Below are positions 1-8,569 of a stretch of 64,000 nucleotides of DNA, one piece after another. Position numbers and translations under genes: made by a program. The notes beneath the pieces were generated by a model. The model worked only from the letters and a program-made list of their open reading frames with translations. It searched no databases and was not told where the DNA came from. The stretch lies in the NCBI GenBank assembly GCA_963676565.1, contig OY781089.1, positions 1,248,001 to 1,312,000 on the forward strand, read 5' to 3'. The stretch comes from Halarcobacter sp. Its GTDB lineage: Bacteria > Campylobacterota > Campylobacteria > Campylobacterales > Arcobacteraceae. Each line of letters starts with the position of its first letter. Position 1 is the stretch's first letter.

Positions 1-925
1 CATATGAGTTTTTTAAAATTTTTGTAGAATTTTTTGAACCTATCCATGAATAACCAATATTTTTTCTTTTTAAATATCTATGTACAGATTTTTTTGCCAA
101 GGTCTTTTTAATTGCATTTTCTAGAATTCTAAATCTATGGGGAAAATCTTCTTTAAATTTTTTTGAAACAGCAATTCCTCTTATTGGTCCATTTATAATA
201 GGCATTGTGATACCTGTATCTTTTATTGTATCATTTAAAGTTGGGGCATCCCATCTTTTAGATGGTTTACTGGATACAATAGCAAGTGGCTTTATATCTT
301 CTCTATACTTTTCACTTCCTTGAGCTGCAATAACAAGAAGATCAACTTTTGATTCAAGTAATGCTTTTCTTGCACTTCCACCACCACTATAAAGTTTTAT
401 ATTTACATCTTTAAAAGGGATGTTAAATTTCTCTAGTAATAGTTTAAAAAGAATATGTCCACTTGATTTATTTATTAGTGCTACTTTTAACTCTTTTGGA
501 TTCTTTTTTATATAATTTAAAACTTCAATTATAGAGTTAAATTCAGAGTCTTTTTCCACTGCAATGAAATCTTGTTCAAACCATTGAAGATTTATTATTT
601 CAAAATCATCTAGTGAAAAATCTGTTTTTTTACTTATTATTAGATTTAATAGATATGGAGAAAAAGTAGAACAAAAAACCTTATATCCATCATGGGGTTC
701 TTTTAAAACATAATTAGCAGCATCTAAAGAGCCATTTGTTTTGATTGTTTTCACATTAATATACACACCTAATTCTTCTTGAAGAAGTGATGCCATATTT
801 CTTGTCATTCTATCTGCACTTCCACCTTCACCAAGACCAACTACAAACTCAATTGGTTTATTAGGATAATCAAGTGAAAAAAGCAAACTTTTTAACAAAA
901 TAAAAAATAAAAAGATAAATCTCAT
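1..925 (-). CDS. Tripartite tricarboxylate transporter substrate-binding protein (TctC/Bug family), 3' end truncated by window edge
   Basis: Not in ORF track. Manual translation from ATG 925: MRFIFLFFILLKSLLFSLDYPNKPIEFVVGLGEGGSADRMTR...YSGGGSARKALL; signal-peptide-like N-terminus plus the YP.KPI..VV...GG..D Bug motif; open to position 2. Confidence 0.85.
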   Translation of the reverse strand, partial: MRFIFLFFILLKSLLFSLDYPNKPIEFVVGLGEGGSADRMTRNMASLLQEELGVYINVKTIKTNGSLDAANYVLKEPHDGYKVFCSTFSPYLLNLIISKKTDFSLDDFEIINLQWFEQDFIAVEKDSEFNSIIEVLNYIKKNPKELKVALINKSSGHILFKLLLEKFNIPFKDVNIKLYSGGGSARKALLESKVDLLVIAAQGSEKYREDIKPLAIVSSKPSKRWDAPTLNDTIKDTGITMPIINGPIRGIAVSKKFKEDFPHRFRILENAIKKTLAKKSVHRYLKRKNIGYSWIGSKNSTKILKNSY

Positions 926-934
926 ATTCAAACC

Positions 935-1693
935 TTACATCAAAACAATTCCATCATAAATTAATTTACTTCCTAGTATAAGTATAACAACTTTTAAAAT
1001 CATTTTAAATAGTTCATTACTACTTTTATCAAGAAGTTTTTTACCTGCAAGTGTTCCTAAATATGAAAATAGGATTAACAAAAGAATTAAAAATATCCAA
1101 GGAGTATAATCAAATCCTAAGCCACCAAAAATAATTGCCTTCCCAAAATTTTGAAAAGATACACACCAAGCAAGAGTTCCAACTATTAGATGTCTTTTTG
1201 TTAAAATTGAAGATAAAAAAATTGCAATTAATGGTCCCATAACACCAACAAACATTGTTAAGAACCCTGTTATTATACCAAAAACTACAATTAGAAAATT
1301 AGATACTTTTTCAAACTTTAAATTAGGAAGTAGGTTTAATACAATAATTCCAACTCCCAAAGAAAGTTTCATTATATATTCAGGTAAAGATATCAAAAAG
1401 TAGATACTTAAAGTATATCCTATAAGGGTTCCAATCATAAAAAGAATGAAAAATTTTACTAAAAAAGATTTCCTAAATAGAAAAGAGCGTAAAAGTCCTG
1501 ATCCCGATTGTGTAAGTGCATGAATTGAAAGAAGTGCAGTAGGAGGAAGAACCATACTCATCCCTCCTATTACTAAAAGTCCTCCACCAGAACCAACTGT
1601 TGTTGATATAGCTGCTCCTATAAAACAGCATATTATTAATATAAATATATCAAAAAGCTCTAGTGGAAGATAAAAAAAGTCCATCTTATACAA
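935..1693 (-). CDS. TauE/SafE (TSUP) family membrane transporter
   Basis: Highly hydrophobic 252 aa with GSGGG and GFLTMFVGVMGP repeats typical of TSUP. Confidence 0.75.
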   Translation of the reverse strand: MYKMDFFYLPLELFDIFILIICCFIGAAISTTVGSGGGLLVIGGMSMVLPPTALLSIHALTQSGSGLLRSFLFRKSFLVKFFILFMIGTLIGYTLSIYFLISLPEYIMKLSLGVGIIVLNLLPNLKFEKVSNFLIVVFGIITGFLTMFVGVMGPLIAIFLSSILTKRHLIVGTLAWCVSFQNFGKAIIFGGLGFDYTPWIFLILLLILFSYLGTLAGKKLLDKSSNELFKMILKVVILILGSKLIYDGIVLM

Positions 1694-2756
1694 AAACCTC
1701 TCCGGCCATTAGAAGTCTAGCCGTTCTTGTTGTTTTTCCTTCCACATCTTTTATATCTGTTGTAGGAAAATTTACTCCAACATCGATTGTTCCTGAAGGT
1801 GTTTCTATTTTCACAATGTGTTCTCCAATTTCAAACTCTTTAGAGTTTATTTGATGTAAGATAGTCCCTTTTATAAAAGAACCAGCTGCTACACAAAAAC
1901 CTGCACTCACTGCAAGAGCTGGGTGAGCAGTTGTAGGGGTAAAATATCGAATATTTATATCCCCATCATTTTTTGCCTCTGAAATAATTGCAAATTTTGG
2001 AATTACATTTCCTTTTGCATTACCTAAGCCCATCTTCTGTGAAGCTTGTTCTCTAATTGATTCTATTTTTTCAAAAAGCTCTTTTTTTGCATCAAGTTCA
2101 TTTGGTGTTTCATATCCTGTTAAACCCATATCTTTAGCTTTTACAAAAACAACTGGCATAGAGATATCTAAACAAGTTGCCTTAACCCCATCAAAAATAT
2201 CATATGTATTTCCAGTAGGAAGATAATCTCCTGTTTTCCCACCAGTTATATTTTTAAAAAACATTTTTATAGGAGAAGCTGTACCTGGAACTCCTGCTAT
2301 CTCAAAGTCACCATGGTATTGAACTGTTCTATTTGGAGTTTGGATTACTTGGGTAATAGTTGCACCTGTATTTACATCATATACATTTACTGTTGTTTCA
2401 CCATCTTCTACAGATACCAAACCTTTTTCAATCCCAAATGCTCCAACAGCTGTGAGAATATTACCGCAAGTTGGTTTATCATCTGCTATTGCTTCATCTA
2501 TACTTGGTTGGATAAATTTATACTCTAAATCTATCCCTTCCCTTTTTGATACTGATATAATAGCAACTTTTGTAGTAACTGTTGTTGCCCCACCTATACC
2601 ATCAATTTGTCTAATATCAGGGCTTCCCATAATCTTTAAAATTAAATTATGTCTTTCCTCTTTATCTTTAGGTAAATCATTATCTAAAAAATATGCACCT
2701 TTAGAAGTTCCTGATCTATATAAAATACAGCTAATTCTTTTTAAATCATTCATCAT
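1686..2756 (-). CDS. PrpF/FldA family isomerase (4-oxalomesaconate tautomerase / YbhH-like)
   Basis: RSGTSKG, GSPDIRQIDGIGG, CGN catalytic motif, RTARLLMAGEV C-terminus. Confidence 0.88.
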   Translation of the reverse strand: MMNDLKRISCILYRSGTSKGAYFLDNDLPKDKEERHNLILKIMGSPDIRQIDGIGGATTVTTKVAIISVSKREGIDLEYKFIQPSIDEAIADDKPTCGNILTAVGAFGIEKGLVSVEDGETTVNVYDVNTGATITQVIQTPNRTVQYHGDFEIAGVPGTASPIKMFFKNITGGKTGDYLPTGNTYDIFDGVKATCLDISMPVVFVKAKDMGLTGYETPNELDAKKELFEKIESIREQASQKMGLGNAKGNVIPKFAIISEAKNDGDINIRYFTPTTAHPALAVSAGFCVAAGSFIKGTILHQINSKEFEIGEHIVKIETPSGTIDVGVNFPTTDIKDVEGKTTRTARLLMAGEVFV

Positions 2757-2757
2757 T

Positions 2758-4749
2758 TTATGCTCCTGTTATTGCATCATAAATTAAACCTGTTGGAAGG
2801 TGAAGTGTCATAATATGGCTTATAAATAGAAGAAACCCTATTGCCACACCAGTAATAATGAATATTTTTAACCAAGAAGATTTCATCTTTGTTCTAATAA
2901 TTATTATAAAAAGAATTGCTAATGATGGAACAAAACCTAAAATCCAAGTTCCCAATAAGAAAATAGGAAGGATTAAAAAGTTTTTCCAAATATCAATCCA
3001 TGTAGATGAAAGCTGTCCATTTTCAGTAATTGCAACTGATAAAATATCATTTTGTCTTTTTTTAGATGTAATTTGAATTGATAATATAACTCCAAAAAAT
3101 AGAAGTAATGAACTAATTACTATTGGAAAAATACCACCTAAAAATTGGTGTCCCCAAGAGTCAATTAATGCAAATAAACCAAATGCCATAAGAAGCCAGA
3201 TAAATAATAATTCTCCTGTAAAAAATGAGTACGGATAATTTGTAGTTTCTTCTTCATTTTGTATATTTAATTCTTTCTCTTTTTTAGAATCTCTATTTTT
3301 AAAATAAACACTAATTAAAACTGAAGCGACCATAAATACTATTAAAATAATTACACCTGGTCTTTCCATCATTTCCCAAGAATAAAACTGAACTGCTTGA
3401 TAATAATATGTTTCAATTGTTCCAGCTAAAACAAAACCAATAAGTAGGGCAGGTCTTGGCCAATCAAAGTATTTAAATAGTGTACCTAATGCACCAATTG
3501 CAATTAAAAGCATTAAATCTTCTAAAGATCTTGTTGCTTGAAGTGCAGCAAAGAAGATAATCATTAACATAAATGGAGCAACATATCCATAAGGAATAGT
3601 TGTAATTTTTGAAATCTTATTTGATAGAAGCATACAAGTTCCAGTACCAACAACATTTGCAATTGCTAAAGACCAAATAATAATATATGAAACCTCTAAG
3701 TTCTCATTAACCATTCCAGGTCCAGGTTCAATTCCAAGAATTACAAGTCCACCTAAGAATACAGCCATAGAACCACTTCCAGGGATACCAAATAGAAGTG
3801 TTGGAACTAATCCTCCACCTTCTTTTGCATTATTTGCTGATTCAGGAGCAATAACTCCCCTTACATCACCTTTACCAAATTGTGATTTATCTTTTGAAGT
3901 TTGTACAACATGACCATAAGCAATCCAGTCAACAACACTTCCTCCCAGACCAGGAATAGCACCAATCATAGCACCAATTGGAGCACAACGTGCTACTATC
4001 CATCTTGAAATCCATACATCTTTAATACCTTGAACAAAACTTCCTCCAAGCTTTTCAGCTTTTGAAATCTTTTTGTTCTCAACTAATAAAGAGATGATTT
4101 CAGGAACTGCATAAACACCAAGTCCTAAAATTACAAGTTTAATACCATCATATAAATAGTAACTATCCATTGTCATTCTAAATTCACCAGTTGCTGGTGC
4201 TGAACCAACTGATCCTAAAAGAAGTCCAATTGCAGCAGCTATAAATCCTTTATATAAAGATTTACCACTTAAAACCCCAACCATACTAAGTCCAAAAATA
4301 CCTAAAATAAATAGTTCAGCAGATCCAAGTTTTAAAATTAAATCTCTTGCAAAGATTATAAATATAGATAAAATTAAAGCACCTAATAGTCCTCCAATTA
4401 ATGAAGCAGAAAATGCAGCTCCAAGTGCTCTTGCTGCTTCACCTTTTTTAGACATAGGATATCCATCAAGAACTGTTGCTTGAGAAGCAGAAGAACCTGG
4501 TATTCCCATAAGAACTGAAGTAAAAGTATCTGAGGTTGGAATAACTGCAACCATACCAATTAGCATTGCTAATGCTGAGGTTTGATCCATACCATAAAGA
4601 AATGGTAACATTATAGAAAAACCTACAATACCTCCTAATCCTGGTAAAATCCCAACTAAAATTCCTAAAAACACTCCACCAAGTAGATAAATCATATGAT
4701 GAATTTGCATTAATTCAGAAAATGCATTCATAAGTGTTTCAAAAGCCAT
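2758..4749 (-). CDS. tctA: TTT transporter large permease TctA with fused C-terminal TctB-like membrane domain
   Basis: GILPGLG, GIPG, APESANNAK, PTLLFGIPGS motifs; about 160 extra C-terminal residues with several TM segments ending LHLPTG. Confidence 0.88.
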   Translation of the reverse strand: MAFETLMNAFSELMQIHHMIYLLGGVFLGILVGILPGLGGIVGFSIMLPFLYGMDQTSALAMLIGMVAVIPTSDTFTSVLMGIPGSSASQATVLDGYPMSKKGEAARALGAAFSASLIGGLLGALILSIFIIFARDLILKLGSAELFILGIFGLSMVGVLSGKSLYKGFIAAAIGLLLGSVGSAPATGEFRMTMDSYYLYDGIKLVILGLGVYAVPEIISLLVENKKISKAEKLGGSFVQGIKDVWISRWIVARCAPIGAMIGAIPGLGGSVVDWIAYGHVVQTSKDKSQFGKGDVRGVIAPESANNAKEGGGLVPTLLFGIPGSGSMAVFLGGLVILGIEPGPGMVNENLEVSYIIIWSLAIANVVGTGTCMLLSNKISKITTIPYGYVAPFMLMIIFFAALQATRSLEDLMLLIAIGALGTLFKYFDWPRPALLIGFVLAGTIETYYYQAVQFYSWEMMERPGVIILIVFMVASVLISVYFKNRDSKKEKELNIQNEEETTNYPYSFFTGELLFIWLLMAFGLFALIDSWGHQFLGGIFPIVISSLLLFFGVILSIQITSKKRQNDILSVAITENGQLSSTWIDIWKNFLILPIFLLGTWILGFVPSLAILFIIIIRTKMKSSWLKIFIITGVAIGFLLFISHIMTLHLPTGLIYDAITGA

Positions 4750-4795
4750 CTTAAATCCTTTCTCGAAGTACTACTACTTCTCATTTTATAAAAGA

Positions 4796-4828
4796 AGATT
4801 AACATTCTACTCTGGCATGAAACTTGCA
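4796..4828 (-). promoter_or_regulatory. Shared direct-repeat motif plus -10 box upstream of tctA
   Basis: Sense strand TGCAAG-tttca-TGCCAG-N10-TAATCT. Confidence 0.7.
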
Positions 4829-4871
4829 TTTTTTTGTAAAAAAAGTAATATTAAAAATCTGTAAAAATAAA

Positions 4872-4905
4872 AAAAGCCACCATCGTCAAATAGATGGTGG
4901 CTTTT
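4872..4905 (-). terminator. Intrinsic terminator after tctC
   Basis: AAAAGCCACCATC/GATGGTGGCTTTT stem with U-run on the minus strand. Confidence 0.8.
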
Positions 4906-4929
4906 AGAAGGAAGGGTTAAATTTTATGT

Positions 4930-6039
4930 TTAGAATCTAACGTTATAGTTAGTAGTAAGCCAATTTTGAATCCACTTTCTATCTTCATCGTTTACGTTTG
5001 TTGCAGTTGATTTAAGCTTGTCTGCTTTTTCTCCAACTGTTTGAGGATAAATACCAAGTTGTTGTTCACTCATTGCTTTAAATTCTGGGTCTGAAACAAT
5101 CTTTTTCATCGCATTTTGGTAAGTTTCAACAACATCATTTGATACATCTTTTGGCAACATAATCATCTTTTGAGATGGGAATGAAGCTGTAAAGAATGTT
5201 TTCCATGCATTAAAGGCATCACCTGATGGTTTTTTACCATGAACTTTTTCATATACTTCACCAAAATGTGGTAAATTTGGGAAAGTTGGGTCTCTTTGGA
5301 AATCGCCATTATCATCTAGTGTTCCCCACGCAAATAAAGGAACAGCTCTACCATCTTTTTGTGCAGGTAATACATTTTTAATATAAGAAGACGTAGTTTG
5401 GAAATCAATATTTGTTTCCCCTCTTAAAAATGCAAGTCTTGTTGACTTTTTACCTTTCATACCAAATACTGGTTGAGTTTTAATATCTAATAAATCAAAT
5501 GCTAGTAATGCAATTAAATCCATAGAAGTTGCACCTTGAGATCCAAACTTTAATTCTTGAGAACTAAGCTTATCTAAATCATCAATACTATTAACTCCTA
5601 GTTTAGATGATACATAAACAACTCCACCAGTTGGTGAAGAGATTACTGCTTTCCAATTTTTATAATCATATCTTACTCTTTTATCTCCAAGAAGAAATGG
5701 GATTTGAGTTGAAGCAGATGAAGCAAAAATTGTTAAACCATCTTTTGAAGCTCTTTTTGCAAAGAAGTTTGCACCTTTAGTTGAACCACCACCTGGCATA
5801 TTTTTAATTACAACAGTTGGTTGTCCTGGAAGATTTTTAGAAATTAAAGGAGCATAAAATCTACTCCATTTATCAGTTCCTCCGCCAGCTTTATAAGGAA
5901 CTATCCATTCAATAGTTTTCCCTTTAAAACTAACCTCTTTTGCTGTTGCAACATTTACTAGCATCCCTAGTGCTAGAGTTGAAGCTAAAATTGTCTTTGT
6001 CATTTTACCTGTAAACAGGATTCCTTTTCTAGTCATCAT
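4930..6039 (-). CDS. tctC: TTT transporter periplasmic binding protein TctC
   Basis: Signal peptide, FKGKTIEWIVPYKAGGGTD, NMPGGG, DGLTI motifs. Confidence 0.9.
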   Translation of the reverse strand: MMTRKGILFTGKMTKTILASTLALGMLVNVATAKEVSFKGKTIEWIVPYKAGGGTDKWSRFYAPLISKNLPGQPTVVIKNMPGGGSTKGANFFAKRASKDGLTIFASSASTQIPFLLGDKRVRYDYKNWKAVISSPTGGVVYVSSKLGVNSIDDLDKLSSQELKFGSQGATSMDLIALLAFDLLDIKTQPVFGMKGKKSTRLAFLRGETNIDFQTTSSYIKNVLPAQKDGRAVPLFAWGTLDDNGDFQRDPTFPNLPHFGEVYEKVHGKKPSGDAFNAWKTFFTASFPSQKMIMLPKDVSNDVVETYQNAMKKIVSDPEFKAMSEQQLGIYPQTVGEKADKLKSTATNVNDEDRKWIQNWLTTNYNVRF

Positions 6040-6069
6040 GTTAAATCCTTTTTTTGATTTTATGTTGGA

Positions 6070-6102
6070 AGATTAACATTGGATTCTGGCATGAACCTTG
6101 CA
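6070..6102 (-). promoter_or_regulatory. Shared direct-repeat motif plus -10 box upstream of tctC
   Basis: Sense strand TGCAAG-gttca-TGCCAG-N10-TAATCT. Confidence 0.7.
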
Positions 6103-6164
6103 GAATTGTAAGTTTTATATTGAGATTTCAAATGCTATTTTATTGCTATGTTTAGGGCTTTTTT

Positions 6165-6197
6165 TGCAAGATTATTGACAGAATCCAATGTTAATAT
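6165..6197 (+). promoter_or_regulatory. Shared direct-repeat motif plus -10 box upstream of porin gene
   Basis: TGCAAG-attat-TGACAG-N10-TAATAT. Confidence 0.7.
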
Positions 6198-6256
6198 CAC
6201 ACATTGATTTTATTTAGTGACTGCTAGATAAAAAATCTACATAAAAAAGGAATAAA

Positions 6257-7474
6257 ATGGGGAAATCATATAAAAGAAGCCTTATTGCTGCATTTTTAAT
6301 AGTATCAACAGGTTCACAAGTTTTAGCTTCTGATTCAGTAGTAGAAGCTTTTACAAATGGAAAAGTGAAAGGTGAATTAAAATCATACTATTTTAATGAA
6401 GCTTATGATTCGGCAACATCATCAGATAATAATGTATGGGCGAATGGTATAAAATTAGGATATAAAACTGATTCATATAAAGGGATAAGTTTAGGAGCGA
6501 CATTTCAAGGAGCGGATGTTACATCTATAGATGATGATGCCAATAAACAGACAAAAACTATGAATGCTGGTGGAGCAGTTTTATCAGAAGCTTATGTAAA
6601 CTACAAATATAAAAATACACAGTTTAAAGGTGGTAGACAGTTTATCTCTTTACCTTTAATAAAAGGTTCTGGTTCAAGACTTATAAAAGAATCATTTGAG
6701 GGATATTTTTTATCTAACACAGATATACCTGATACACTTATCTCTTTAGGAAAAATCACTAAATATCAAACAAGAACAGATGCAGTTACATCAACAACTA
6801 ATGCCGCATCATTTACAAACTCAGATTCAAATACAGGTGATGTTGGGGAATTTAATAAAATTGGAACAAATGGAGCTATATCTTTATATTTAAAGAATAA
6901 GTCAATTGAAAACTTAACTATTCAAACTCACTATGTTGATTTTATTGATGAAGTAGCTGATTTATATATTGATGCTAAATATAATTTTGGTGGAGAGTTT
7001 AAACCATATATTGCAGCACAATACTATAACTCAAACTATGATAATAGTGCAACAAAAGATAGCTTTATGACAGGATATAAAGTGGGTGCAACATTTGCTG
7101 GTTATAATATACATGCTTCATATACTTCAACAGATGATGATGGAAATGTAAATAGAGGTATTGGTGAAGCTGCAACAGCATCATTTACATCTGCTACAGC
7201 AACTACAGGAAACTATACAGCAGGAACAGATACTTGGCAAGTAGGAGTTTCTAAAAAGTTTGGTGACTTATCAGCGGAAGTGAAGTACACAAGTAGTGAT
7301 GCTGAATTAAAAAAGAATGACTTAGACCAAATATATTTAGGGTTAAAATATAAATTCTCTGGTGAGCTTAAAAATCTTTCATTATCAACTGAATATACTA
7401 TTTATGACTATGGACAAGGTAATGAAGCAAAAGAAAAAAATGAATTAAGAGCAAAACTAATTTATAAATTCTAA
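6257..7474 (+). CDS. Outer-membrane porin (OprD/Campylobacterota porin-like)
   Basis: Signal peptide, AFTNGKVKGELKSYYF start, amphipathic beta strands, C-terminal YKF. Confidence 0.82.
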   Translation: MGKSYKRSLIAAFLIVSTGSQVLASDSVVEAFTNGKVKGELKSYYFNEAYDSATSSDNNVWANGIKLGYKTDSYKGISLGATFQGADVTSIDDDANKQTKTMNAGGAVLSEAYVNYKYKNTQFKGGRQFISLPLIKGSGSRLIKESFEGYFLSNTDIPDTLISLGKITKYQTRTDAVTSTTNAASFTNSDSNTGDVGEFNKIGTNGAISLYLKNKSIENLTIQTHYVDFIDEVADLYIDAKYNFGGEFKPYIAAQYYNSNYDNSATKDSFMTGYKVGATFAGYNIHASYTSTDDDGNVNRGIGEAATASFTSATATTGNYTAGTDTWQVGVSKKFGDLSAEVKYTSSDAELKKNDLDQIYLGLKYKFSGELKNLSLSTEYTIYDYGQGNEAKEKNELRAKLIYKF

Positions 7475-7515
7475 TGATTATCTTCTAAAATTAGAAATCA
7501 ATATGCGCGAACAAG

Positions 7516-7543
7516 AAAAAAAGGAGCTAAGACTCCTTTTTTT
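7516..7543 (+). terminator. Intrinsic terminator after porin
   Basis: AAAAAAAGGAG-ctaaga-CTCCTTTTTTT. Confidence 0.75.
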
Positions 7544-7558
7544 AATTTTATCTATACT

Positions 7559-7591
7559 TGCAAGATTTATGACAGAAAAATAAAGTACTAT
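7559..7591 (+). promoter_or_regulatory. Shared direct-repeat motif plus -10 box upstream of rraA-like gene
   Basis: TGCAAG-attta-TGACAG-N10-TACTAT. Confidence 0.65.
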
Positions 7592-7615
7592 TCGAAAAAA
7601 TTAAAAAGGATTAAC

Positions 7616-8101
7616 ATGAGACAATATAGAACAGCTGATCTTTGTGATGAAAATCAAGATAAAAAAATTCAAGTATTATCCCACAAATTCAAAAACTATG
7701 GTGGAAAAAAAAGATTTAAAGGAAGAGTAAAAACTATTAAAATTGAAAAAAGTAATTGGGCAGTAATTGATGTGCTAAAAAATGAACCAGGTAAAAATAA
7801 AGTTTTAGTTATTGATGTGGAAGAAGCTCCTTATGGTATTGTTGGAGATAAATTATCTACTCTTGCAGAAAGAAATCAATATGAAGCTATGATTATAAAT
7901 GGATTTGTTAGAGATACAATGGAAACAAAAAAGTTTAATATTGGACTTTTTGCACTAGGGACTTGTCCTTTAAGAAATTTTGATAAAACGCCATCACAAT
8001 TAGGTATTGATTTATACTTTGGAAATGTTTCTTTTAAAGAAGATGATTATATATATTGTGATGAAGATGGAATTATTGTTTCAAATGAAAAGCTTATGTA
8101 A
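7616..8101 (+). CDS. rraA: RraA family protein (RNase E regulator / HMG-aldolase-like)
   Basis: TADLCD, YGGKKRF.G, VLVID, VGD, GFVRD, DEDGI motifs. Confidence 0.88.
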   Translation: MRQYRTADLCDENQDKKIQVLSHKFKNYGGKKRFKGRVKTIKIEKSNWAVIDVLKNEPGKNKVLVIDVEEAPYGIVGDKLSTLAERNQYEAMIINGFVRDTMETKKFNIGLFALGTCPLRNFDKTPSQLGIDLYFGNVSFKEDDYIYCDEDGIIVSNEKLM

Positions 8102-8258
8102 GACGTGCTTTCTTCTTTGCACTTAGTCTTCTAAATCCCAAATTAAACCTTATTTAAATACAATACGCTTTTAATAAATTGTTGGCAAAAGTGTGGTTGT
8201 AGTCGTTACAGCTTAATTAATTGATTAGGGTAGTTATTACTTAAGGAAAAAATAGATT

Positions 8259-8567
8259 ATGGAAGATAATGGAATAGAATTACTTGTTTTATTGGATATT
8301 TCAGGTTTAGAAGATAAACAAAGATTTGAAAAACATTTAAAAAGAGAAGGCTTTAAAACAGTTGAAGGGGAAGAGTTCGTTTATACAGCAAAATCTTCAA
8401 CTACAACTTTTTCTACAAAAGCTTATATTTTAGAAGTATTTAAAGAAGGTCTTAGAAAACAAGAGTTTAAAGGTAGTGCAAATATGGTTTTCTTACTTAA
8501 TGAAACACCATACCCAGCTTATTATTTTGATACAAATACAAATGAGTTTGAACTAGTAAAAGAGTAG
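8259..8567 (+). CDS. Small hypothetical protein, possible Cas2/VapD-like ferredoxin fold
   Basis: RBS AAGGA; LLVLLDISG...FEKHLKREGF...FVY pattern. Confidence 0.6.
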   Translation: MEDNGIELLVLLDISGLEDKQRFEKHLKREGFKTVEGEEFVYTAKSSTTTFSTKAYILEVFKEGLRKQEFKGSANMVFLLNETPYPAYYFDTNTNEFELVKE

Positions 8568-8569
8568 TA

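Noticed and set aside
4812..6102. Sigma54-like TGGCA-N6-TTGCA on the + strand at 4813-4828 and 6087-6102
   Set aside because: They point away from the adjacent tctA and tctC genes, and the other two copies of the motif lack the GG; better explained as the reverse complement of the direct-repeat activator site.
8180..8245. Slightly GC-richer leader with a weak GTTGTAG/TTACAGC hairpin before the 102-aa ORF
   Set aside because: Weak stem with G-U pairs and no recognisable RNA family.
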